Below, one piece after another: positions 26,956 to 36,984 of a stretch of DNA of 64,000 nucleotides. This stretch comes from an uncultured bacterium (lineage in GTDB: Bacteria; Chlamydiota; Chlamydiia; Chlamydiales; JAJFMA01): assembly GCA_964445105.1 (NCBI GenBank), contig CAYUJS010000004.1:660-64659 (forward strand), read 5' to 3'. A program made the translations under genes and the position numbers. The notes below the pieces were generated by a model, which was not told where the DNA came from, made no database searches, and was given only the letters and a program-made list of their open reading frames with translations. Numbering within the stretch: position 1 is the stretch's first letter; the number at the start of each line of letters is the position of its first letter.

Positions 26956-27489
26956 ATGAATTTTCCACGAGCCCGTAGTTACCGAGGATTTGGCTGTGAC
27001 GATTTGTTTATCAGGCTCGGTATATGCCTCCAGCCCGCTGTTCAGAGAATATCCGAGCAGATAGATAATTACAGCATTGAAGAAATTCAGGCGATCGCAG
27101 CGGCCGCCTTGAGTAGCTGCAGAAAAGATGCGTTAGAGATGAAGGGGAGGGGGTGGACGGATGAAAAGGTTGTCGACTGTATAGCGGGCACGCTAGCTTA
27201 TCCGCTGGTAGTTGAGCCAATGAAGCCTGAAATTATCGAAGTTATGCGGGTTCTTCCCAACGAGGATCCCGAGACTGCGGCTTATATAACGAAGGCGCCC
27301 GCTAAAGCGTTCTACGGCAATCGATTGATGCAGCTTCAGCTACGGCATAAGTATGGCGATCCCCTCAAGGAAAAAATGAAAGAGCGTCTAAGGCCTTTCG
27401 TTGAGGAGGCGCTTGCCCCATTCTTTGCGGAGATGAATCGACCGGCTGCTAGCTGGACGAGTATATTCAGCTGGTTGTTGCCTTTGTAA
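26956..27489 (+). CDS. Hypothetical protein; intact member of a tandem pair.
   Basis: 177 aa, AGGAG RBS upstream, no recognised motif. The downstream degenerate copy supports it being a real gene family. Confidence 0.55.
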   Translation: MNFPRARSYRGFGCDDLFIRLGICLQPAVQRISEQIDNYSIEEIQAIAAAALSSCRKDALEMKGRGWTDEKVVDCIAGTLAYPLVVEPMKPEIIEVMRVLPNEDPETAAYITKAPAKAFYGNRLMQLQLRHKYGDPLKEKMKERLRPFVEEALAPFFAEMNRPAASWTSIFSWLLPL

Positions 27490-27604
27490 AGAGGCTCAAG
27501 ACGTAGTCCATCACGTTGGATCTGGTCGGAGTGAGCTGGCAAGTGAGAGCAGATAAGTTTGATAGGCCGCTCTCTGGCGGCTTAACTTACCAAGTAAGTA
27601 TACT

Positions 27605-27980
27605 ATAAATTTTCCACCGATCCGTAGATTGGCGAGGATTTGTTTGTCAGACTCGATACGGATGAAGGGAAGGGGATGGACGGATGAACATGTCGTCGAT
27701 TGTGTGGCATATACACTAGCCCGTTCGACGCCGATTGAGCCGATGAGACGTGAAATTGCTGAAGTTGTGGAGGCCCGTCCCAACAATGCCCTGGAGCCAG
27801 CGTTTATATAACAAAAGAGCTAAATCATCTTACGGTAACGGGATCACCCAAAATGGGCTGCTTTATAAGCATGGCGATCTCCTCAAAGAAAAAATGAAAG
27901 AACACTTAAGACCTTTTGTGGAAAAGACGCTGCTCCCGCTTATTACAGAGCTTAATCGACAACAACTACTAATTGGCTGA
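27605..27980 (+). pseudogene. Decayed tandem duplicate of 26956-27489.
   Basis: The start is mutated (ataaattttccac versus atgaattttccac), there is an internal deletion, and a frameshift splits it into ORFs 27629-27811 and 27750-27980. Shared segments: MKGRGWTDE(K/H)VVDC and KHGD(P/L)LKEKMKE(R/H)LRPFVE. Confidence 0.65.
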
Positions 27981-28289
27981 ATCTATTTAATCGGCTGAGG
28001 CCTTTTTAAGAAGGTGCAAGACACCCCCTCAATAGGCGCAAATCGCGCGCGCAACCCTAAGGACAACGCTTCTGTTAGGCACCGGCCCAGGCTGGTTCAT
28101 GTAGAATTTACGCGCAAGGCCTGTTCTGGCCATCGTCTCACACCGCCAAAAGCCTCGTTTGAGGGCCCTCTGCAGACCTAAGTTTTGTATATGGGAACAG
28201 GTTTGCAGCGCTGTTCGAATCGCTCAAAAACCTGAGGTGACCTTCGTCCTCTCTTGTTAAATTTCGTTCCATGAACTATTCTGACGGGT

Positions 28290-28985
28290 ATGAGTCTGTT
28301 GATTTTAATGCGACATGGGCAGTCGGAGTGGAACAAAAGAAATTTGTTCACTGGATGGGTCGACGTGCCGCTTTCAAATGAGGGGATCCAAGAATCCCTC
28401 CATGGTGGGCGACAGATCAGGGATCTGCTTATAGACGTTGTGATAACGACTACCTTGGTGCGTGCACAGACTACGGCTTTACTCGCTCTGTCTCAGCATA
28501 GTTCACGAAGGGTTCCGGTCGTTCTTCACAATGGCGAGGGTAAGTTGTCTGACTGGTCGACGATTTATGGCTCTTCGCTGCACACAATTCCAATGCTGCG
28601 CTGCTGGGAATTGAACGAGCGCATGTACGGTGAATTACAAGGGTTAAATAAGGCAGAAACTGCGGAGAAATTTGGCCAGCAGCAGGTGCATCGCTGGCGG
28701 CGCAGCTACGACGAGGCGCCTCCTGGTGGCGAGAGCTTAGCCATGACAGCGGCGCGCGCTCTGCCCTACTTTCACAATACGATTGTTCCTCTACTTACAC
28801 AGGAAAAAAACGTTTTTGTTTGCGCTCACGGCAATTCCTTACGCTGCATCCTCATGGAGCTTGACCAGCTCAACCGGGAGCAGGTAGTTAGTTTGGAGAT
28901 TTTTACAGGGCAGCCGCTCGTATATGACTATAAAGGCGGAGTTTTTCGCAAAAAGGACGCATGGCCATCCAGCCTATCTATTTAG
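28290..28985 (+). CDS. gpmA: 2,3-bisphosphoglycerate-dependent phosphoglycerate mutase.
   Basis: 231 aa with LILMRHGQSEWNKRNLFTGWVDVPLS (RHG motif) and a later AHGNSLR motif. Confidence 0.88.
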   Translation: MSLLILMRHGQSEWNKRNLFTGWVDVPLSNEGIQESLHGGRQIRDLLIDVVITTTLVRAQTTALLALSQHSSRRVPVVLHNGEGKLSDWSTIYGSSLHTIPMLRCWELNERMYGELQGLNKAETAEKFGQQQVHRWRRSYDEAPPGGESLAMTAARALPYFHNTIVPLLTQEKNVFVCAHGNSLRCILMELDQLNREQVVSLEIFTGQPLVYDYKGGVFRKKDAWPSSLSI

Positions 28986-30136
28986 ACAACGCGACTGTAA
29001 CCCGCCCTTCAGAGCAGGTCGTGTCTCGCATGATTCCTTTCTTTACAGAAGATTGGGGTTCCCCCTCGTCGCCTCATCGCATGGGGCAGCGCCTCTGGCC
29101 TGCTATGGAGGAGGCTTACCGCTCTTTGTATGCGCTTCTGGGTGCTTCTGAGCAGGATACTATTTTGTTTACCTCGTCCGGTACGGAGGCTATAAATCAA
29201 GTTTTACAGTCTGTTTTTTTTGATGTAACGCGTGCGACGGGGAAGAACCACTTTGTTACCTCTGCGATCGATGAGGCGCCTGCCATCTTAACTTTAGGTC
29301 ATCTGGAGCAGCTGGGGGCTGTGAGCAAAGCTGCTGCGGTCACTAAAAGCGGGCATGTCACGTCAGAACTTATTGGCGATGCTCTTACGCCGCGCACAGC
29401 GCTTGTTAGTCTTTCTTGGGCTAATGCGCTTACAGGAGTCGTCAACCCCGTGGCCGAGATCGCCGCTTTATGTAAGCAGAGAGGCATTTTATTTCATCTT
29501 GATGCAACGCATGTGTTAGGCAAGCTCTACTTTGAATTAGCGGAGGTGGGAGCGGATTTTATCACCTTCAACGGCGACCAAATGCATGGCCCCAAAGGCA
29601 GCGGCGGGCTGTACATTCGCAAAAAGGCGCGTTTGTCGCCCTTGCTGTTTGGTGGCATGCAGCAGGGTGGCTACCGCGGGGACGATGTTAATGTCCCTGC
29701 GCTTGTGGGTTTGGGGCAGGCTGCGCGTGAAGCCATCGAAAGTCGGGACCTGCTCTGCACTGAGGTGGCGCGTCTGCGCAATCGCTTGGAGGAGGGCGTA
29801 TTGCAGGCTTATCCCGAAGCTAAATTATTCTATCGAGACCAAGAGCGCCTTCCGAATGTAACCACGATTGCCTTTCCCGGTGTTGTTAACGAGGCACTGC
29901 TCTTTGCTTTGAATCGCCAAGGCCTCTACGCTAGCATGGGGGGCGGAAATTTTCAGCAGCTAGGGCTACTACTCGCCGCGAGCGGGGTCAGTGAGCTTTT
30001 GAGCCACTCAGCCCTCAGTTTTAGTCTTGCGCGTACAAATTACGAGGAAGAAATCGATCGCGCGATCTCTATCATCGCCGACAGCGCCAATAAACTTCGC
30101 ATCCTTTCTCAACATATTTTGGGGGCGCCTGCATGA
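28961..30136 (+). CDS. NifS/IscS-family protein lacking the PLP lysine and the catalytic cysteine (likely pseudo-desulfurase).
   Basis: 391 aa, collinear with IscS (PIYLDNATVT, ILFTSSGTEA, HLDATHVLGK, HGPKGSGGLYIR, SFSLAR..EEEID). SGHK is replaced by NGDQ (Q207, nt 29579-29581). SSGSACTS is replaced by ASMGGGNFQQ (nt 29930-29959). Confidence 0.75.
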   Translation: MAIQPIYLDNATVTRPSEQVVSRMIPFFTEDWGSPSSPHRMGQRLWPAMEEAYRSLYALLGASEQDTILFTSSGTEAINQVLQSVFFDVTRATGKNHFVTSAIDEAPAILTLGHLEQLGAVSKAAAVTKSGHVTSELIGDALTPRTALVSLSWANALTGVVNPVAEIAALCKQRGILFHLDATHVLGKLYFELAEVGADFITFNGDQMHGPKGSGGLYIRKKARLSPLLFGGMQQGGYRGDDVNVPALVGLGQAAREAIESRDLLCTEVARLRNRLEEGVLQAYPEAKLFYRDQERLPNVTTIAFPGVVNEALLFALNRQGLYASMGGGNFQQLGLLLAASGVSELLSHSALSFSLARTNYEEEIDRAISIIADSANKLRILSQHILGAPA

Positions 30137-30903
30137 CTTTAGCTGCACTGATCCATCCTTTTCCTTGGATTCATTATAGCAAAAAATTGCGTCATAAAAT
30201 CGACAATCCACGCAGTGGCGGTTCCTTCACCGCTGAGGAGTCAGCAGAGCGAGGCGTGCGCCTGGTGGAGGGGGTCGATGGTTCGCCCGAAGATGGAAAT
30301 GTCGTGCATTTTTACTGGCTAGTGGACCTATCCGATGGCATCATTGTGGACGCAAAATTCCAAACGTTTGGCCAGACGGCGCTGATCGGTGCCGCCGAGG
30401 TGGCTTGTGAGATGCTCGTGGGTAAGAATTACGATCAGGCCAAACGCATTACTGCTGAACTCATAGACAAACAGGTGCAGGAAAGAAGCGACGAACCTGC
30501 GTTTCCTGCGGAAACATTCTCGCATCTTAATCTCGTGCTCTCCGCTATAGCAGATGCGGCGGACAATTGTGAGGACATTCCCGTATCGACCAGTTACGTA
30601 GCTCCGCCTATGCCCATGCAGGGCGGTATGTTTGAGGGCGATGGCTATCCGGGTTGGGATGAACTTCCTTATCCACAGCAGTTAGTGGTAATTGAAGACG
30701 CACTAAATCAAGAGATACGCCCCTACATTGCGCTTGATGGCGGGGGGCTAGAAGTTGTCTCTTTAGAGGGACACAAGTTGCTGGTGCGTTACCATGGCGC
30801 TTGTACCTCGTGCTATTCGAGCGTAGGCGCTACCTTATCAGCCATTCAGCAGATGCTCAGGGCTAAAGTTCATCCTCAAATCGACGTCACACCAGAAATG
30901 TAA
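30133..30903 (+). CDS. NifU-like protein: a Cys-less IscU-like N-domain plus an intact Nfu-type C-domain.
   Basis: 256 aa. IscU-like YSKKLRHKIDNPRSGGSF...GSPEDGNV...FQTFGQTALIGA, where canonical IscU has GAPACGDV and YGCGSAIAS. The C-domain IRPYIALDGGGLEVVSLEGHKLLVRYHGACTSC keeps CxxC. ATGA overlap with the nifS-like gene. Confidence 0.75.
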   Translation: MTLAALIHPFPWIHYSKKLRHKIDNPRSGGSFTAEESAERGVRLVEGVDGSPEDGNVVHFYWLVDLSDGIIVDAKFQTFGQTALIGAAEVACEMLVGKNYDQAKRITAELIDKQVQERSDEPAFPAETFSHLNLVLSAIADAADNCEDIPVSTSYVAPPMPMQGGMFEGDGYPGWDELPYPQQLVVIEDALNQEIRPYIALDGGGLEVVSLEGHKLLVRYHGACTSCYSSVGATLSAIQQMLRAKVHPQIDVTPEM

Positions 30904-30984
30904 TTATCCAGCAGTTTCTTTTTTTGTTCTGTTGCTTTATCTTAATCTTCTGTCTCTACCCTTTAATTGTTTCGGCTCAAGCTT

Positions 30985-32409
30985 ATGGATATCTCAGCGC
31001 CACCTTCACCGCCTATCGTGCCCGTCAAAAGCCCTCCTTCGTCAAAAGAGTCTGAGATGATGGTACTGGGATGCATGTTGACGAGTGTCAATTCTCTAAA
31101 CATCGCTTCAGATGGCTTAAACGACTACGACTTCTATTACAGCGAACACAAAATTATCTTCCAGGTCCTGAAGCAAGCCTTTCGGCAGGATAAACCCGTA
31201 GATGTTCACCTAACCGCTGAAGAGCTGAAACGCCGAGATCAGCTGAAGTCGGTAGGGGGCGTGGGGTACTTAGCCACGCTTGCCCAATACGCGGGTACCT
31301 CTGCGCATATCGAAGAATATGTGACGATCGTGCGCGACAAGGCGATTTTGCGCCGGATGATTTTTGCAGCCCAAAAGGTCGAGACTCATGCTTTGAGTGA
31401 GCCTGAGAATGTGTTCCAAGCGCTTGACGACGCCCAAAAAGAGTTTTACCAGATCAGCCAGACTATGAACACTAGTGCCGGCATTACCCTGCGAGAGGTG
31501 TTAGATGGCAGCAAAAGTGAGATAGGACAACCCTTTCTGACAGAGCTCGAACAGCGCCAAGAGCGCTATGCCAATCGTGGAGAGGATGATCCTGGGATCA
31601 CCGGTATATCCACTCATTTCTATGACATCGATAAGATGCTCAACGGCTTTGGGCGCTCCAACTTAATCATTCTCGCTGCGCGACCTGCCATGGGGAAAAC
31701 GGCGCTTGCGGTGAATATCGCCGAAAATGTGGCTTTTCGCAGCCAAAAGCCTGTGGGTATTTTTTCCCTAGAGATGAGTGCAGACCAACTAGTGCACCGC
31801 CTCATATGCTCGCAAGCGGAAGTGGAGTCTGACAAAATTCAGACAGGTTCATTAAACGGGGCTGAGTTTCGCCAAATTTATGAAACAGTTGAGCGTATCA
31901 AAGACTATCCGTTGATCATCGACGACCAGCCTGGCCTCACCATTACAGATTTGCGTGCCCGCGCGCGCAGGATGAAGGAGGCGCATAACATTGAACTGCT
32001 GGTGATCGACTATCTCCAGCTGCTTGCGGGCGCTAAGAGCAGCCGCATGGCGGAGAATCGACAAACAGAAATTTCTGAGATTTCGCGCATGCTCAAAAAT
32101 CTCGCCAGAGAGCTGAATGTGCCCATTCTATGTTTAAGTCAGCTTTCGCGTAAGGTAGAAGAGCGCCCCGGCCACCGCCCCATGATGAGCGACCTGCGTG
32201 AGTCAGGCTCTATTGAGCAAGATGCGGACGTTGTACTGTTTCTTTTGCGTCGTGAATACTACGACCCAATGGACAAGCCGGGTATGGCCGAGCTAATTGT
32301 GGGTAAAAACCGGCACGGAGCCGTAGGTTCCGTACAGCTTGTTTACCGTAAAGAGATCGCACAGTTTTGCAGCTATACAAGAATGACGGGTGAACCGGTG
32401 CGCGAATAG
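30985..32409 (+). CDS. dnaB: Replicative DNA helicase DnaB.
   Basis: Start taken at the ATG at 30985 (the track uses TTG at 30967). Motifs: Walker A AARPAMGKTALAVNIA, LVIDYLQL, SQLSR, RESGSIEQDADVV. Confidence 0.9.
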   Translation: MDISAPPSPPIVPVKSPPSSKESEMMVLGCMLTSVNSLNIASDGLNDYDFYYSEHKIIFQVLKQAFRQDKPVDVHLTAEELKRRDQLKSVGGVGYLATLAQYAGTSAHIEEYVTIVRDKAILRRMIFAAQKVETHALSEPENVFQALDDAQKEFYQISQTMNTSAGITLREVLDGSKSEIGQPFLTELEQRQERYANRGEDDPGITGISTHFYDIDKMLNGFGRSNLIILAARPAMGKTALAVNIAENVAFRSQKPVGIFSLEMSADQLVHRLICSQAEVESDKIQTGSLNGAEFRQIYETVERIKDYPLIIDDQPGLTITDLRARARRMKEAHNIELLVIDYLQLLAGAKSSRMAENRQTEISEISRMLKNLARELNVPILCLSQLSRKVEERPGHRPMMSDLRESGSIEQDADVVLFLLRREYYDPMDKPGMAELIVGKNRHGAVGSVQLVYRKEIAQFCSYTRMTGEPVRE

Positions 32410-32410
32410 T

Positions 32411-34777
32411 TTATTCTATTTGTTTGTTTTGTTCTGCGAATGAACGTTTTGTCTTCAGCAGGTCCTCAACGTAGGTCTGCATGGCTTTTGGCTGGCCATT
32501 GTTGTGGTATTTGTTAAACTCTCCGTGCCGTTGGCCTGAGCGGTAGCACCCTTCGAACACTAATATCCCCGTTTCATTCCAAGTCATGGCGCGCCCGTCT
32601 AACTTGTTGTCCCGATAGGGGTTCACTTGTGCAAGCCGTCCGTTTGGATGGTAAATTTTTTCTTGTCCCTCGATCATGTCGTGGTCATAGGGGGTGACGC
32701 GTTTAAGTATTCCTGTGGGATAATATTCATATTCCGGACCCTGTCGCAATCCCGCCGCATAATGTGTGGCAATGAGGGTGGCTCCTTCCGGTGAATAGAT
32801 GGCTGAAAAGCCCTCTTTAAGTCCCTTTTTATAAGAGGTACTAGCTATTTTATTGCCAGTTTCGTTGTATCCGCTTACCTCTCCCTCAAATAAACCCTGT
32901 ATATAGGTGCCGTTAAAGGCCTTCACAACTCCAAGTAGAGGGTGCTCGGGATAATATATTTGATAAGGGCCGTGTAAAAGGTTGTGGTCGTACTCGGCTT
33001 TGATCAAATCACCTTCGGCCCTGCGCTCTAGATAGGGACCATGCAGCAATCCTTGTTCGTAGAAGGACTCTTGGACTAATTCGCCGCTGCTGGACCACAT
33101 GGCTTTGCGCCCGTTTAGTAAGCCGTTCTGGAAGGTGATGAGCACTTGGTGCGCGCCGTTGGGGTAGTAAGTAGTCTGCTCGCCTTGTAACCTGCCGTCG
33201 ACATAATTTAGCTTGTTGGCTACTTGGCCTTCGTGGAGGGGATGATACTCTAAGTGCTCTCCAACAGGCTGACCGCTTGCAAAAGCGCCTTCGCTTTTTA
33301 GGGCGCCGTTATCAAACCATTGCCGGTTTAGGCCTTCTAACGCACCCAGTGAATAGGTTTTCTCACTTTTTAACTGCCCTGTGCTATACCATTGCTTCCA
33401 GGTGCCATCCCTAAGGCCTCTGACGAAAATACCTTCGATCAAAAGTTGACCAGACTCAGCAAACTCCCGGAAAGGCCCGTTGAGCATACCGGCCTGGTAG
33501 CTGCATTGTAGCTTTGGATGGCCGCTTGGGTAGTATTCCAGACTGTCGCCCTCACGTTCGCCCTCTTTGAACTGATAGCTTACAACTAGTGTGCCGTCCG
33601 CTTTCCACTCCTCGTACTTGCCGGCGAGTGCGCCTTCGTTGTAATCAGCGCGGCGGTGGAGCTGCCCAGTCGCATAAAAATCTTCTTGCCGTCCGTCCAG
33701 CTCACCGCGCTTATAGCGATGATTATACTTGAGCTGTCCGTTGTGATACCATTCCTTGTATTCACCCTCATCGGGAAGGTACTGCGAGCGCTTGGCCCCA
33801 TCTTCATAAAATTCCACAATAGGCTCTACGAGCGCTCCCTCAGAGTCGTAGAGTGCGCGATAGCTTAGTTGCCCAGAGGAGAATGCCCGAGTGTGTTCTC
33901 CTATAGGGTGTCCACCTCGGTATTGGCCGCCGCCGAGCAATATTGCAGTATCGGAAAAATAGTACTCAGCGCCCTCTTGTAGGCCCCTGCGATAGTGCGC
34001 GACATAGCTTTCCTTTCCGCTAGGAAAGTAGCGAGTATGCTTGCCGACAGGGCTTCCTCGCCAGAAGAAGCGCACTTCGGCAAGCGTGCCTTTTGGGTGG
34101 TAGCTCTGTAGGGCAGGTGCCCCTTCAGCGTGTAGAAGCCCCAGGTGATATTGGTGACGGCTTTTCACCGCGCCGTCTTCGTACCACTCAATGCTCTCTC
34201 CCTCGGCCACTCCTTTTTGGTAGTTAATTCTGGAGGCTTTTTCTCCCGAGGGGTAGTAGCTTGTGCATTCGCCTGCTAGATGTCCGTCCTTGTAGGTACA
34301 TTGGCGCTTCAGCCCGCCGGTCTCGTGATATTCTTTGGCTTCACCTTGTAAAACACCTTGCACATAGCTAAGAGCGGTTTTTCTTCCGCCATTAGAATAG
34401 AAAGCTTCCTGTAATCCATTTAAGGTGCCCCGGTCGTACCGGCTAATGGTAGCTAATGTACCCGAGGGATAGTAAGAGACGCTGGCGCCATGAGGCATGG
34501 CTTGGCCGTTGTAAACTGAGAGATCAACCTCCTCTTGCAGTGCTCCTGAAGGATAAAATCGAACTATCTGCACAGCTTCGGGCTGGCCATGGCCTGCCTT
34601 GGGCTCGAGAAAAAGGATCTGCCGCGGAGTACCGTTTTGATAGGCGCTACTGGCCTGTGGTATCCAGTTAGGCTCGCGCCTTTTTAGCAGCCCTGGAGGC
34701 AGTAAATCAAGCGTACACAAAGGCGATGCCCAAAGCCCTATAGGAACTAACAACAAAAGTAACACGTGCTGCATCAT
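32411..34777 (-). CDS. Large secreted MORN-variant (YwqK-like) repeat protein.
   Basis: About 30 tandem repeats of roughly 23 aa of the type G.....YY.(S/N)G.L......Y..G...G. Signal-like MMQHVLLLLLVPIGLWASP, so the start is placed at 34777 rather than 34831. Confidence 0.7.
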   Translation of the reverse strand: MMQHVLLLLLVPIGLWASPLCTLDLLPPGLLKRREPNWIPQASSAYQNGTPRQILFLEPKAGHGQPEAVQIVRFYPSGALQEEVDLSVYNGQAMPHGASVSYYPSGTLATISRYDRGTLNGLQEAFYSNGGRKTALSYVQGVLQGEAKEYHETGGLKRQCTYKDGHLAGECTSYYPSGEKASRINYQKGVAEGESIEWYEDGAVKSRHQYHLGLLHAEGAPALQSYHPKGTLAEVRFFWRGSPVGKHTRYFPSGKESYVAHYRRGLQEGAEYYFSDTAILLGGGQYRGGHPIGEHTRAFSSGQLSYRALYDSEGALVEPIVEFYEDGAKRSQYLPDEGEYKEWYHNGQLKYNHRYKRGELDGRQEDFYATGQLHRRADYNEGALAGKYEEWKADGTLVVSYQFKEGEREGDSLEYYPSGHPKLQCSYQAGMLNGPFREFAESGQLLIEGIFVRGLRDGTWKQWYSTGQLKSEKTYSLGALEGLNRQWFDNGALKSEGAFASGQPVGEHLEYHPLHEGQVANKLNYVDGRLQGEQTTYYPNGAHQVLITFQNGLLNGRKAMWSSSGELVQESFYEQGLLHGPYLERRAEGDLIKAEYDHNLLHGPYQIYYPEHPLLGVVKAFNGTYIQGLFEGEVSGYNETGNKIASTSYKKGLKEGFSAIYSPEGATLIATHYAAGLRQGPEYEYYPTGILKRVTPYDHDMIEGQEKIYHPNGRLAQVNPYRDNKLDGRAMTWNETGILVFEGCYRSGQRHGEFNKYHNNGQPKAMQTYVEDLLKTKRSFAEQNKQIE

Positions 34778-35340
34778 TAAACACCTCAAGCTATTAGCAA
34801 AAAGTATGGAATAACGGGCTTTTAGATGCAATGGATCGACTACGCCACAGCAATTCGGACTCTCGTGAGAAAACTCAAATATTCTTCTTGTTCCCGGAGC
34901 GCCAAATCAGAAAAGTTTGCATAAAACGCAGAGGGTAGATTAGGCGCTTACCATGAAACTTATTTGAAGCGGTAGGCAAGCTCGCACTTAGGCAGCTTCA
35001 AGCGCCCGGTCCGCCAAGCCCAAGCCAGCTGTCGGTTTGTAAGAGTGGCACTTTAGCAAGCTCTAAGCTTATCCGACGCAAATCTCAAGCATATTTTCGG
35101 CGCACAAAAAAACAGGACACACGCTTGCAGACGCGGGCGGGATGTAGCAGGAAGCTAAGGCAGCAGAGCCGCCCTGGTGCTTATCGACAAGGCGCAATTC
35201 TGTGCTGACCCGCCATCTGGAAGCGCGATGACGAGCTTTATCTGAATCACGCTGCTGCAGAATTTCTTATAAAAAAGTTGCCTAATCTACGATTTTTCGA
35301 GGGGCTTTTTTTGCGACCCGAATTACTGCTGACTTAGCAG

Positions 35341-35498
35341 CAGTTCCCACTAAAAAAAGGCGATCGACTGGCTCCGGAGCGGCTATTAGGCTCATTTTGC
35401 TCCTTGCCCTTAAGCTTAGACTACGAATTCGTTACAAACTGAGCCCGCTGTCAGCCCTTACTGAGCAGGTTTCGTTTTTTAGCGGAAGCTGTCGCTAC
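35341..35498. repeat. MITE-like element, family 1; full copy.
   Basis: Left end cagttcccactaaaaaaaggcgatcgactggctccgg; right end cgttttttagcggaagctgtcgctac. cttagcag occurs on both sides (35333-35340 and 35499-35506), but the left one may be part of the terminal repeat. Confidence 0.65.
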
Positions 35499-35512
35499 CT
35501 TAGCAGTAGCTG

Positions 35513-36685
35513 CTAGGCCAAAACGTGTTGTTCTTCACGTCCTAGTACGGGTAATCTCCAAGCGAAAGCTACAGAGGCTATGCCTAAGGCTCCCATTAAT
35601 TGCAGAGCCTGGGCGGGGGCGTTAGGCCCTTCAAAAAGTTTTGTCAAAGCGCCGCTCGAGGGTCCTGCGCTCTCAGAAATGCACCAGACCATGCCCATCA
35701 GAAAGGCGCTCACTAAACCGGGGATATCCGGATATAAACGATTTCCTAGGGCTAAACCTACAGGCCCCACGAGTCCCCAGGAGGCCCCCAAGCACGCCAA
35801 GGTGCTCAACACAATGAAGGAATCGGTGGCCGGCACAAGCAGAAAATAATAAAAAATTACTGCCCCAATGGCCGTTCCCACCAACATGACAGCTCTGGCA
35901 GAAAAACGGTCTGACAGCATGCCTGCAGGAATCATCATCATTCCACCGCCCAAAATAAAAGCTAGATGTCCACCACCAAAGGTTACCCAATCTTCGCACC
36001 CACGCGCTAGCAACACATCCGGCAGCAGAAAAACAGCGCCCCATAGCAGAGTTTGGCTAGTCACTTGTACACCATATAGAACTCTCATATGGGGGTCCTT
36101 AAACAGCCCTAAAACTTTACCCAAACCAAAAGGGTTGCGCGGAGCCTTTACAGGCACGTCTAAACCATTCGGAATAAAAAGTAGCGCTAAAATCAGAATC
36201 ACGGAGGGGATGATCAAGACTGATACATGGCCTTCAAAGGTATTGTGGGTGTGATAAAAAACTGCTTGGCTTGCCGCTAGCCCTATTGCGCCGCCCGATG
36301 CATAGATGGCTAAATAGAGGCCACGTCTGGCTGGATTTAACGAGCCTGCAAGGCCTGCAGCGCAGGGGTGGTAAGCGGCAGAGCCGATGTAGGTTAGTAA
36401 AATCAAAGGCAGGATTGTCCAAAAGGTGTCTACATAGCCCAACAAAGCGCTTGCTGTGGTCAAAACCAATCCCAGTACAACTAAATGCTTGCGGTAGCCG
36501 CGATCGCTTAGAGGTCCCCAGACTATCTGTGAACCTTCTCCGATCCAGGCGGATAATGCCAAGATCACGCCTGCTGCAGCTAGGTCCATGCCCATCATAG
36601 TTTTGTAGACGGAATAGATGCCTATCATGACATCAACCATGAAATGGCTGATCCATAAGCAGAAAAGCGTCGTATAAACAGGCAT
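35513..36685 (-). CDS. MFS-type transporter.
   Basis: 390 aa with about 12 hydrophobic helices and loop motifs such as GPLSDRGYRK (MFS motif A-like). Substrate unknown. Confidence 0.65.
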   Translation of the reverse strand: MPVYTTLFCLWISHFMVDVMIGIYSVYKTMMGMDLAAAGVILALSAWIGEGSQIVWGPLSDRGYRKHLVVLGLVLTTASALLGYVDTFWTILPLILLTYIGSAAYHPCAAGLAGSLNPARRGLYLAIYASGGAIGLAASQAVFYHTHNTFEGHVSVLIIPSVILILALLFIPNGLDVPVKAPRNPFGLGKVLGLFKDPHMRVLYGVQVTSQTLLWGAVFLLPDVLLARGCEDWVTFGGGHLAFILGGGMMMIPAGMLSDRFSARAVMLVGTAIGAVIFYYFLLVPATDSFIVLSTLACLGASWGLVGPVGLALGNRLYPDIPGLVSAFLMGMVWCISESAGPSSGALTKLFEGPNAPAQALQLMGALGIASVAFAWRLPVLGREEQHVLA

Positions 36686-36984
36686 GGCTGGTCCTTGAGG
36701 CTCTTTTTTAGTACTTGATTATACAGACGCCTAGGCGCCCTCAAAAGTGGTTTTGAGGGCGTTTTAGTTTGAATTAGGCCCTGCAATCGGTTGTTTTTTT
36801 ATATGATTAATACTTGTATATTATATAGCCGAATATCTTAATTGTAAATAACTAATTTCATGTTTATTTAGCTTGGCTTATAAATCGCGACCGCCCCTGT
36901 CCTAACCCTTGCCGATTTTCGTCGGAACCACTAGACTCGGCGTTAAATAGTGCCTGGAGCAAAAAGAAACATGATGAGAGCAAC

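Noticed and set aside
35333-35506. An 8-bp direct repeat (cttagcag) flanking the 35341 MITE copy, considered as a target-site duplication.
   Set aside because: The left occurrence overlaps what is probably the element's own terminal CAGCAG. The duplication is therefore ambiguous. Only the 4448 copy has a reasonably clean flanking repeat.
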